A stretch of 64,000 nt of DNA, taken from NCBI GenBank assembly GCA_020279385.1, contig GCA_020279385.1_4762.2, one strand, 5' to 3'. Numbering within the stretch: position 1 is the stretch's first letter; each line of letters begins with the position of its first letter. The notes beneath the pieces are model-generated. The model ran no database searches, had not been told where the DNA came from, and was given only the letters and a program-made list of their open reading frames with translations. Shown here piece after piece: positions 35,000-43,579 of this stretch. The stretch is from a phage. Made by a program: the position numbers and the translations under genes.

Positions 35000-35518
35000 A
35001 TGAACCGTTTAACGCCTAAACGCCGCTACTATACCAATACTAAAAACTTTGTTATCTCTGTTTACGAAGCATGGTTAGAAGATGGCTATATCAACATGAA
35101 CCCAGATTATCAGCGTCCTTTAGTATGGGACACCGAAAACAAACGTATGTTTATTGAAAACCTGATTAATGATTTTCCGGTTGGTGCTATCGCAATGGCT
35201 AAGATTGATGATGGCTCTCGCTATGAGATCGAAATCGTGGACGGTAAACAGCGTTTAAACGCAATATTCTCCTTTATGAAGGATGAGTTTAGCATTGCCG
35301 GTAATGATGATTCTATGTTGTATTACAGTGATTTTACGCCAGCAGAAAAGCGACGTTTCCGAAATCTCGGACTACCCGCGATCATGATGGAAGAGAGCAC
35401 ACGAGAAGACCGATTAGAGTATTTCTACAAAACAAACTTTTTCGGTGTGCCTCAATCGGAAGAACATCGCCAGCATGTGATTGCCCTATTGCAAGATGAG
35501 CAATTAAAAAATAACTAA
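35000..35518 (+). CDS. DUF262 (ParB/GmrS N-terminal-like) domain protein
   Basis: DYQRPLVWDTENKRMFIENLINDFPVGAI...IVDGKQRLNAI matches the DUF262 signature (DxQR...W...DGQQR); ATG after CAGGAGA. Confidence 0.6.
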   Translation: MNRLTPKRRYYTNTKNFVISVYEAWLEDGYINMNPDYQRPLVWDTENKRMFIENLINDFPVGAIAMAKIDDGSRYEIEIVDGKQRLNAIFSFMKDEFSIAGNDDSMLYYSDFTPAEKRRFRNLGLPAIMMEESTREDRLEYFYKTNFFGVPQSEEHRQHVIALLQDEQLKNN

Positions 35519-35525
35519 AAAGTTG

Positions 35526-35554
35526 TTGACAGGGGATCGGTGATCCCCTATAAT
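35526..35554 (+). promoter_or_regulatory. PeSL-type early promoter
   Basis: TTGACA - GGGGATCGGTGATCCCC - TATAAT; same spacer as 29890..29918. Confidence 0.55.
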
Positions 35555-35590
35555 GCACACATACCGAAACGAACTACTAAGGAGTATCAA

Positions 35591-35803
35591 ATGGCTAACA
35601 TCGAAATCATCATTACCGACGTAACTTATGACCGCATTAACGAAATCGGTACTGCATTACTGGAAGATGGAACAACTCGTACCATCAACTACGCAGAATA
35701 CGTTGAAATGCGTGGTTGTATTAAACGAGTAGGAAAATATACCCTGATTGAAAAAGACTATTCAGGATACACCTTAGAGCAATTGCTTGATGGTGCATTA
35801 TAA
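35591..35803 (+). CDS. Hypothetical protein (70 aa)
   Basis: MANIEIIITDV...; first five codons shared with 33463 ORF, so the repeat runs into the coding start. Confidence 0.5.
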   Translation: MANIEIIITDVTYDRINEIGTALLEDGTTRTINYAEYVEMRGCIKRVGKYTLIEKDYSGYTLEQLLDGAL

Positions 35804-35808
35804 TAAAA

Positions 35809-35833
35809 AGGGGGCGTTAAGCCCCGTTTTCAT
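35809..35833 (+). terminator. Stem-loop / terminator
   Basis: GGGGCGTTAAGCCCC hairpin followed by GTTTTCAT. Confidence 0.5.
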
Positions 35834-35871
35834 AAATATAGGTTTATAGGTTATCAACTAGAGGATATAAA

Positions 35872-37923
35872 ATGTTTAACTTAGAAATCGACGATCTAAT
35901 GATTGAATCTTTCGAGAAATGGCTGTTGACGGAAGAGGAAGAAAACTTTGGCAGTATTGCTCCTGTACAGTGCTTAAAGCCTAAGCAGAATCCTAAACAG
36001 CTTTTTGCAGTACAGACACGCGATAAAGATGTGATTGTCCGTCTTTGCAACTTCACCAACAAAACACCTAAAATCATTCGTATGGGCGACAAGACCGCAC
36101 ATGTTGTACTGTGCGAAATGAACAAAAGCGGTCGTATTGTACAGCTTAAAAATGGTCTAGGCGATAACCCGATTGCAGTCATGGCAAGTGCTTTTGATGT
36201 GGTTATGGAAACAGCCCGTAAAGCGCAATTAGACGCTGTTATGTTCCGTTTTAACGTATCCCGCATGAAAGGTAAGACCGAACTGATTAAGCGCGTTATA
36301 GAGCGTTTGGTGCGTCGTACACCGAAGTTTGAAGTATTCCAGCAGGAAGTAATGACCAGCAAAAAGATCGCTTTAGTTGTTGTCAAGCGTCGCGGGATAG
36401 CGATTGATAAGATTAAAGGGATTAAACTTGATGAATCCTTGTTCACTAAAGTAGAAAGTGATTTAGGTGATCGCTGGGTATCTAAGGCTACTGGTGAATC
36501 TCTGACTAAAGATGAAGCGTATGCGGCTAGTCTTGTGTCAGAAGAAGAACGAAACGCGGAAGCAGAACAACGCGTAGCGGCTAAATCTCGTTTGACTAAA
36601 GAAGAAATGCTGAAAACTCAAGCGACCTATAACAGCGACTATGTGAATCATCCAGAAAAAATTAATCTTAAACCGGAAGAAGATATCACCGAAGCCGAAC
36701 CTAAGAAACAGTTTAATACTCTGATTGACCGTCAAGCCTTAGAACGTTCAACCGCCCGTTCTCTGAATGACTGGACAAGTGATATTATCACTCGCTATGG
36801 TTTCATGCGTACTATTTTTGAAAGCGAAGCCGATGCAAAATACGCAGTAAGCGAACTGGTAAAAGTTCAGGATCAATATGATCCGTTGTCTGCGGAAGTT
36901 ATCGCAGCATCAATCAAACGCTTAAAAGAAATCATGAGCGAGGAAGTATTCGAAAACAAGATCACCGCCCTGGCAATGGATCGAGTAGACCAGTCTATGC
37001 CAGCAGATGTAAAAGCTGAAATGCTGCGTAGTCATATCACCCAGATTAAAACCGATGCCCTACGTAATGTTGCTTCCGGTATGTTTGAAGCAATTGCTAG
37101 CAACATGGGTGAAATGATGGCAGATATTGATCTTGATCTGCCAGGTGCGGAAGGTTTTGTGTTGAGCGAATATGCGGATGCAGCATACATCAATATGAAC
37201 AACTTCCTAACCGACCGTAAGCTGGAAGAATTTGATGGTATCGCAGATCCAGAAGAATTGGTCAAGATGTGCGATGCACTGGATAATGCCTTCTCTAACT
37301 ATGGTGTTAAACTTGATCCGGGTACTATTCTGTATCGTGGTATGGACTTCCGGTCTCAAATGTGGGAAACTGCACGTAAGCAAAAAGCGTTTTACTTTAA
37401 AAACTATGTGAGCACTTCCCTTGCACCTAACATTTTTGGCGGCTGGAATGCAAACGTGGCTAGTGCCGTTGCTGGTGTTGATTCTATGGCTGGCTCTCGC
37501 GGTGAAGGTGGCGCTAATGTTGCTTTCTCCATTGCTGGCGCGGAAAACATCCCTGTATTGCCAGTAGGTAACAAAGCATTTGCTTACAAAGAATGCGAGA
37601 TTTTACTTCCTCGCGGTGTTGTGTTATCCTTTGATACGGTAACTCGTGCTACGGCATCGACGGATTCACAAGAAACTTATTACATTGAGGCACATATTAT
37701 GAACAAAAATGAACTGGCAGCATTACAAGAATCTGGCGAGATGATCGCGGACGGTGATGCATTCATCCGTGAAGGTGTTGTTAAACCTGCTTCTGACCTG
37801 TCTTTCTCCAGCTTTATTACCGAAGCTAAAACCGAACGTAAGAAAGCAGATAAGGCAACTCTACGTCAGCTTATCGCTGATCTGGTATCTGTAGACGCAA
37901 TGCCAGATAAATTTAAAATGTAA
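35872..37923 (+). CDS. alt: Alt-like ADP-ribosyltransferase
   Basis: 683 aa (T4 Alt ~682 aa as recalled); ART R-S-E triad LYRG, YVSTSL, KECEILLPRG; position next to gene 30. Confidence 0.85.
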   Translation: MFNLEIDDLMIESFEKWLLTEEEENFGSIAPVQCLKPKQNPKQLFAVQTRDKDVIVRLCNFTNKTPKIIRMGDKTAHVVLCEMNKSGRIVQLKNGLGDNPIAVMASAFDVVMETARKAQLDAVMFRFNVSRMKGKTELIKRVIERLVRRTPKFEVFQQEVMTSKKIALVVVKRRGIAIDKIKGIKLDESLFTKVESDLGDRWVSKATGESLTKDEAYAASLVSEEERNAEAEQRVAAKSRLTKEEMLKTQATYNSDYVNHPEKINLKPEEDITEAEPKKQFNTLIDRQALERSTARSLNDWTSDIITRYGFMRTIFESEADAKYAVSELVKVQDQYDPLSAEVIAASIKRLKEIMSEEVFENKITALAMDRVDQSMPADVKAEMLRSHITQIKTDALRNVASGMFEAIASNMGEMMADIDLDLPGAEGFVLSEYADAAYINMNNFLTDRKLEEFDGIADPEELVKMCDALDNAFSNYGVKLDPGTILYRGMDFRSQMWETARKQKAFYFKNYVSTSLAPNIFGGWNANVASAVAGVDSMAGSRGEGGANVAFSIAGAENIPVLPVGNKAFAYKECEILLPRGVVLSFDTVTRATASTDSQETYYIEAHIMNKNELAALQESGEMIADGDAFIREGVVKPASDLSFSSFITEAKTERKKADKATLRQLIADLVSVDAMPDKFKM

Positions 37924-37940
37924 TTTTTAAGAAATAATGG

Positions 37941-37985
37941 TTGACTCAAACGGGGACTAGTTTTATACTAGCCCCGTTTTCTGTT
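37941..37985 (+). promoter_or_regulatory. Combined terminator / PeSL-like promoter
   Basis: TTGACT - 17 nt - TATACT with -10 inside CGGGGACTAGTTTTATACTAGCCCCG hairpin followed by TTTTCTG. Confidence 0.45.
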
Positions 37986-38001
37986 ATATGGGAGGTTTAA
38001 A

Positions 38002-38826
38002 ATGTTCAAACAATTACAGGATTTTCGTCTTTCAGAAGAATCACGCGAATCAATGATGGAACGTATGGACAATTATATTGAAACATATGACATTGAGGGG
38101 ATTAATGGTTACATGATCACTGAGATGATCAGCGATCAGATTAACTTTGATGATTATGTGAAGGTTATCCGCTTCCTTGAGCGTGAGACACAAGATTATG
38201 GATTTGTCAAGAAAATCATTAATGTGATGTATGAAGTACACTCCGAAGACTTTGGAGATAATGTATTCAAACATTACAAACATAACAACATAACCCCAGC
38301 AGAATATAATGCAATCTGTGATTATGTATCTGAACAATACGAATGGGTAAATGGTGCTCTCTTAGGGGAAGAAGACATGACCGATGAGATATCAGAGATT
38401 GTCGATTTGATGGATTGCGTCATGGATAAAACCGAAAAGTTAAACGGTACTCTTTATCGCGGTCAACATCTTGACATTCAGACAATAGAGCGCATCATTG
38501 AAGATAAGGAGTTTACCTTTAAAAACTTTGTATCGACCAGCATGACACCGATCATCTTTGGAGGATGGCTATCAAACAGCACTAGCCTTTATTGTGAGAA
38601 TCGATATGAATCAATGACCGGAAAGATGCAACATTCTTGTAATGTATCATGGGTAATTGACGTAAAAGATCATAAAGGTTTTGTTGTTGGGTCAATTGCA
38701 TGGAACCCTTGCGAATGTGAAGTAATTTTACCGCGCGGGACTTGCGTCAAGGTAAACGACGTAGTAGAATCTTTCGGCGATGAGAATCGTAGACAATTTA
38801 CAATTTTCGGTGAGGTGACTAAATGA
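38002..38826 (+). CDS. Second ADP-ribosyltransferase (Alt/Mod-like paralogue, 274 aa)
   Basis: LYRGQHL, KNFVSTSMTP, CECEVILPRG: same R / STS / ExE triad and flanking context as the Alt C-terminal domain. Confidence 0.75.
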   Translation: MFKQLQDFRLSEESRESMMERMDNYIETYDIEGINGYMITEMISDQINFDDYVKVIRFLERETQDYGFVKKIINVMYEVHSEDFGDNVFKHYKHNNITPAEYNAICDYVSEQYEWVNGALLGEEDMTDEISEIVDLMDCVMDKTEKLNGTLYRGQHLDIQTIERIIEDKEFTFKNFVSTSMTPIIFGGWLSNSTSLYCENRYESMTGKMQHSCNVSWVIDVKDHKGFVVGSIAWNPCECEVILPRGTCVKVNDVVESFGDENRRQFTIFGEVTK

Positions 38827-39308
38827 AAATGATTAAACTGATTGGTCTTGCGGCTGCATTCATGCTTACTGGTTGTGCCAACATGGAAGCTATGATGAAT
38901 GCTAAATCAGATCCGGTTTTCTTGCTTCGTGAATGTAAAGCAGCATATGCAAGTGATGATCAGATCGAATCGTGCTTTATTTCTAAAATGGAACGTCGAG
39001 ACGTGGATCGCGTTAAAGTTGGTTTAGCACCACAAACGCAGATGTTCAAGGATGCAATCAAAGAAGCGCGGGAAGAGAAAGCACAAGAAGAAAAGAAGCG
39101 TCAAGAAGAATTGCGCAAGCAGAAAGAAGAGTCTATACAACTTGAGAAGATGAAAGCACGGGATCGCTGTATTATCATGTCTGACATGCAGATAGAGCAA
39201 GAAGCAAGAAAGGCAGCATTAAACGGTGATTATGACCGTTATGAAGAACTTAACAGCGCAGAATTTCAAACTAAGGCACTAAAATATTGCAATGATTTAG
39301 CAAAATAA
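38823..39308 (+). CDS. Putative lipoprotein with charged coiled-coil region
   Basis: Signal peptide MKMIKLIGLAAAFMLTGC with lipobox LTGC; K/E-rich EEKKRQEELRKQKEE segment. Confidence 0.6.
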   Translation: MKMIKLIGLAAAFMLTGCANMEAMMNAKSDPVFLLRECKAAYASDDQIESCFISKMERRDVDRVKVGLAPQTQMFKDAIKEAREEKAQEEKKRQEELRKQKEESIQLEKMKARDRCIIMSDMQIEQEARKAALNGDYDRYEELNSAEFQTKALKYCNDLAK

Positions 39309-39336
39309 AAAGGCGGGGGATAATCCCCGCCTTTCG
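39309..39336. terminator. Hairpin between convergent genes
   Basis: AGGCGGGGGATAATCCCCGCCT between plus-strand lipoprotein gene and minus-strand gene 54. Confidence 0.55.
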
Positions 39337-39340
39337 CTTA

Positions 39341-40273
39341 TCAGAACCAGTTAGTGACAGTATTCACCACACGCCCACCAACGCCATTTAGACGCGATAA
39401 AGCATTACCAGCAGCAGATAACCCACTATCAAGTAAATTATTGCCGAAAGTGTTTGTTATTGCGTTTATTGCCTTATCCTCAATCCATTCTCGCGCGGCT
39501 TGCTCTCCTACAGCACCAGTTTGCATAGAACGATATGCGAAAGTAACATCGAATGTTGTGATTTCGTTGTTGTTTTCATAGTTTAATTCCGGTGCACTCA
39601 CACCAACAGGAACACAACCATTAAACATCATGATCGTGTGAGGAACTCCCATTCGGTTATGTAAGTTGACCTGAATATCTGCTTCAACGTCAACAGGAAG
39701 CGCACGAAGCCCTGTAACGGGGTCTTCCACTGAGTTAACCCAATCCTGCATTGCTCTATAGTTTGATGCGCTAGAGTCCATTCTAAAGCTCAATACAAGC
39801 GGATCAAAATCACGTCCGGTAATTCGAATGTTTGGCGCATTGTGGTTACGGTCCATTTCATAATTCAATCTGTTTTCTGGAACCTTAACAGCATACACCA
39901 GAAGACCGCTTGTCTTATATGCCATATTGAACCAGTCAAGAGCATACGTACCAACATCAAATTGCCCCAGAAGAGATTGAACTACGCGGGATGACATTGC
40001 ACCTAAAAGATACTTTTTGACACCGGATGAATCAACAGCACGCCTAACACCCTGTACAGCAAGATTTGTTAATGCGTCAGTATAATCACCACGAGTAATC
40101 CCGAAATAGTCATTTAATGCATTTGGTATAATATCATATACCGCACCGCCCATACTTTCTAGGATCGCTTGTGTCTTATTACTTGGAGTGGTGGCAAATG
40201 CCACACTGAATAAGTTCGATCGCTGAAAGTCAAGGTTAGCGGCTTGTTCGTTAAAGTCATTTAAATCAAACAT
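39341..40273 (-). CDS. 54: Baseplate tail-tube initiator gp54
   Basis: 310 aa; FDLNDFNEQAANLDFQRSNLFSV..., NIRITGRDFDPLVLSFRMDS, YRAMQDWVNSVEDPVTGLRALP match T4 gp54 as recalled. Confidence 0.9.
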   Translation of the reverse strand: MFDLNDFNEQAANLDFQRSNLFSVAFATTPSNKTQAILESMGGAVYDIIPNALNDYFGITRGDYTDALTNLAVQGVRRAVDSSGVKKYLLGAMSSRVVQSLLGQFDVGTYALDWFNMAYKTSGLLVYAVKVPENRLNYEMDRNHNAPNIRITGRDFDPLVLSFRMDSSASNYRAMQDWVNSVEDPVTGLRALPVDVEADIQVNLHNRMGVPHTIMMFNGCVPVGVSAPELNYENNNEITTFDVTFAYRSMQTGAVGEQAAREWIEDKAINAITNTFGNNLLDSGLSAAGNALSRLNGVGGRVVNTVTNWF

Positions 40274-41331
40274 TATGCCGCACTCCCAAATATAGTACCA
40301 CGGGAAAGTGTCAAGATCTCTCTAAATGATACTTCCAGAACAAAGGTACTCGGCAAGTTAGGAGAAATAGCAAGGCCATTAAACTTACCATCAGGCGACT
40401 TGTCCAGACGTACACTTGAGATCTGAGCGGGACCAAATGCATCGCTACGCCCTTCAAACGATGTACGCTTGCCGAAGTTAGAGATCATCCATATTGTCGG
40501 GTTAGATACAGTAATTACGTTTGATAGAAAATCGGTGATCCCTTCAAACAGCGTATCATTTCTCTTTGCCTCGGCTGGAGTGGATTTGCTCAATAGTGTA
40601 TTTTTATACCACGCATCAACTTCCGCTTTTAATTCTTTTGCTGTGCTGGAAATACCACTAGAACCATAAGACAACTCTAAAAACGTTTCGTATATGATCA
40701 GAATATTGCGAAGGTCTTCAATACTACGTGGGGTTAGATGCCATACGTAGTTTTTCGTTCGTGCGTCAGCACCCGCATACATGCTTCGCGCAGTATTATA
40801 AATCTGTTCACCGTGATCGGCAAGGTATCCACCAGTAATACTTTCGATACCACCAAAAACGGCAGTAGATGCCATATTAGAAAGAGCACCGCCTAAAGTA
40901 CCACCGCCGCGAGAAATAACAGATTCACCAACATCATTAAACTTATGGCTGGCAGCGTCAACGTCAGATTGACTACGAGGAAGAAGAATATTAGCAATTG
41001 CCTCGCGGTCAAACGCAGCATTTCTCCCTCCCAAATTTAAATCAAAACCAGCGATATTAACGCTACCGCCAAAACCGCTAGCAACATTTTTCTTTTTCCT
41101 GAAATCACGCAGCGATCCAGTAGTACGAGATGTGTAATCGTATGCAGTGAATAACAGACCATTATTATATAAGTCGTTGATATAATAACCGCTAGCATCA
41201 TTACCGCTAGCACGTTCAGCGGGGAATTGAGCGGTTAATGTTTTCCCTTTATTTTTTGAGGTAAAACCAGCGGAGGTTTTAACCCCCGCTTTAAAGCTAT
41301 CAACGGCATCATTGATAACACTAATTTTCAT
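40273..41331 (-). CDS. 48: Baseplate tail-tube cap gp48
   Basis: 352 aa; position and size as T4 gp48. Confidence 0.75.
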   Translation of the reverse strand: MKISVINDAVDSFKAGVKTSAGFTSKNKGKTLTAQFPAERASGNDASGYYINDLYNNGLLFTAYDYTSRTTGSLRDFRKKKNVASGFGGSVNIAGFDLNLGGRNAAFDREAIANILLPRSQSDVDAASHKFNDVGESVISRGGGTLGGALSNMASTAVFGGIESITGGYLADHGEQIYNTARSMYAGADARTKNYVWHLTPRSIEDLRNILIIYETFLELSYGSSGISSTAKELKAEVDAWYKNTLLSKSTPAEAKRNDTLFEGITDFLSNVITVSNPTIWMISNFGKRTSFEGRSDAFGPAQISSVRLDKSPDGKFNGLAISPNLPSTFVLEVSFREILTLSRGTIFGSAA

Positions 41332-43064
41332 TAAAAGTTCCCCATATTAATTGTACCGGGGGCATCAATTCTAGTTGTTGGTGCACCCTGTTTAATAGTT
41401 CTATTGTTTGTTACAATTTGTGTATTATTTACGTTTGAGGTCTGATTTGTCGTTTGTTGCTGGATTGCAGCTTGTTTCTGCATTTGTTCAGTACGCTCCG
41501 CTTGTTTTGCTGTTTCCGTTTCAGTTGCAGGAACAGGTTTAGCTGGAACCACACCCTTAGTTTTATCGGTATACATCTCATCAAATTTTTCAATAAGACG
41601 CTCTAACTGAGAACGATCACTTTCAACTAATGTAGGATCTTGAACTTGCTCACGGTAAACATCAATATCCTTTTTCAACTCTTCCATTCTTTCTTTGTCA
41701 TAGTCACCGCTCAAATTCTCCATAACTTCATTAATATTATTGATCGCTCCCTCGCTTTTAATTCTAAGTTTACGACTAGCAGATCGTTGTTCAGCAGAAA
41801 CAGACTTATATTCTCCGCGTTTTAATTCTTCTTGTCGTTTCTCTGCGTCAACATCCTTTTGATCTCTCCAGCCCAGACTAACAAGACCTTCGTTAACTTT
41901 ATCCTTAATAGATTCGCCTATGGCCTCGCCAATATCACGGGCTTTTCCGGTCCAGCCAGTACGCTCCCCGTATTTGTCCTCTTCGTGTTCAGACTCGACC
42001 TTATCCATTAATTCGAGTTCTCTTTCATTTGGCGTATAGCCTTGAGCGACAGCAGATTTTAAAGCACCATATTCTAACTTATCGGCATAATCACCCATAC
42101 CAGGGATCATGCGAAGAATTTTAGCAATACCCGTAGTGATAATTCGATCAAGTTGGATAAAGGTTTTATAGAATGCATCACCAATACCCATAACAAGAGA
42201 TTTAATTAATTCTCCATATTCACCTTTAGACCAATAATCTCGAACTTGACGAATAGTTGTTAGAATATCACTAATTGGTCCAGCCCATTCTCCGGCCTTA
42301 TCCATAAATTCATCGAATTTTGTTTCGAATAAATCACTCCAATATCTGAAATGAATCATAAGGGTGTCGATGGCAAAAACAATACCCATCAAAATAGCGC
42401 CCCATTTTGCGGCTTCTGCCATAGCGGTCAAGGTGATCTTAAATAACATCCCTAAGACCTTATTAGAGATACCTATGGTTTCTTTAAATCCTCCACGAAC
42501 AACTTTAAGAAGATTTTCCATAGAATCCGCATTGCGCTTATCTGCGGCGTTCTTCTTCTTCCGTTCCTCAACATCTGGTTTTTTCTTTGGAAGACCTTGA
42601 TAGTTGTCATTATTAGGCTGTTCCGGTACAATAGGCAAAACTGGCTGAGGTGATGGCATTGTTTGCGGTTGTTCCGGTTTTTTCAGTGCTTCTTCAATCG
42701 CACCAATACCGCTAGCCATTTTACTGACAACACCAAATCTACGTTCCATCATAACACCAAAACCACGTAATTTCTCATTCATCTGAGAAGAGAAATTATT
42801 GAGTTTTTGCAATTCTTCATAAGTTTTTTGGGTATTGCCAGCGGTAGATTGGGTATTCTCTGCCGTCAATTCATTGGCTGCGGTGTTATCCTCTACCGCA
42901 CCAACAACTTCATTAGATTTTTGTTCTACTGTCTCCGCCACCAATTCGGTAGCGGCTTGCAAATTATCAATAGAATCAAGTTTATCTAACTTGTTAAGTT
43001 TATCAATCGGATTTTCTTCCGCTTCCTTGCGCATCCCGCGAAATGATGTTAATGCGTCATTCAT
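41331..43064 (-). CDS. 29: Baseplate hub / tail-length protein gp29
   Basis: 577 aa with central hydrophobic segment and charged C-terminal half; synteny 28-29-48. Confidence 0.75.
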   Translation of the reverse strand: MNDALTSFRGMRKEAEENPIDKLNKLDKLDSIDNLQAATELVAETVEQKSNEVVGAVEDNTAANELTAENTQSTAGNTQKTYEELQKLNNFSSQMNEKLRGFGVMMERRFGVVSKMASGIGAIEEALKKPEQPQTMPSPQPVLPIVPEQPNNDNYQGLPKKKPDVEERKKKNAADKRNADSMENLLKVVRGGFKETIGISNKVLGMLFKITLTAMAEAAKWGAILMGIVFAIDTLMIHFRYWSDLFETKFDEFMDKAGEWAGPISDILTTIRQVRDYWSKGEYGELIKSLVMGIGDAFYKTFIQLDRIITTGIAKILRMIPGMGDYADKLEYGALKSAVAQGYTPNERELELMDKVESEHEEDKYGERTGWTGKARDIGEAIGESIKDKVNEGLVSLGWRDQKDVDAEKRQEELKRGEYKSVSAEQRSASRKLRIKSEGAINNINEVMENLSGDYDKERMEELKKDIDVYREQVQDPTLVESDRSQLERLIEKFDEMYTDKTKGVVPAKPVPATETETAKQAERTEQMQKQAAIQQQTTNQTSNVNNTQIVTNNRTIKQGAPTTRIDAPGTINMGNF

Positions 43065-43579
43065 GATAGGCGATCCAATATGTTAATTCCACCATAGATA
43101 GTGCCTTCCGGCGTATCCAGCGCAATAGTTTTTCTTAATCCTGTAGCCCAATCCATAATAAAAGCTGGGAAATCATGGAAGTCTACGCTAGGATCGTGAT
43201 AATGATGACTCAAGAAATCAGCGTCATCGATAATGGGGTCAGAAGTATACATTGGATTTTTAAATTTAAAGACTTTACCATTTAAAGTAAATTCAGTCTC
43301 TGTACAAATATACACATCAGACAGCTTAAGACCATCTTTTTCTTCCAGACACTTACCATTAAACGCACAAAGGTTAAGCATAACCAATTCCGACTCGGCA
43401 GCGTTTAACCCAGGACAGATTGAATCAAGAAGAATCTTTAATGTTTCATCACAGCTACGAACATCTTTTAATAATCGATGTTGCTTAATCCCCATTTTTG
43501 GGATCTTGATATGTTTCCCGTTTATCTCTAAAGTTTTTACAGGAACAACAAATTTTAGCATAGGTTTAGTTTCTGTCAT
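43061..43579 (-). CDS. 28: Baseplate hub distal subunit gp28
   Basis: 172 aa; synteny and size (T4 gp28 ~177 aa). Confidence 0.7.
   Translation of the reverse strand: MTETKPMLKFVVPVKTLEINGKHIKIPKMGIKQHRLLKDVRSCDETLKILLDSICPGLNAAESELVMLNLCAFNGKCLEEKDGLKLSDVYICTETEFTLNGKVFKFKNPMYTSDPIIDDADFLSHHYHDPSVDFHDFPAFIMDWATGLRKTIALDTPEGTIYGGINILDRLS

Noticed and set aside
28741-35600. Regularly recurring ~70-bp repeats with palindromic cores that could suggest a CRISPR array
   Set aside because: Spacing is irregular (240-1100 bp), the intervening sequences are ORFs with ribosome-binding sites, and the repeats contain -35/-10 promoter hexamers, so they are promoter cassettes
35844-36446. 200-aa minus-strand ORF
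   Set aside because: Antisense to the 5' part of alt; no independent support
40469-43086. Small plus-strand ORFs of 60-83 aa
   Set aside because: All antisense to baseplate genes 48 and 29; no RBS or promoter context
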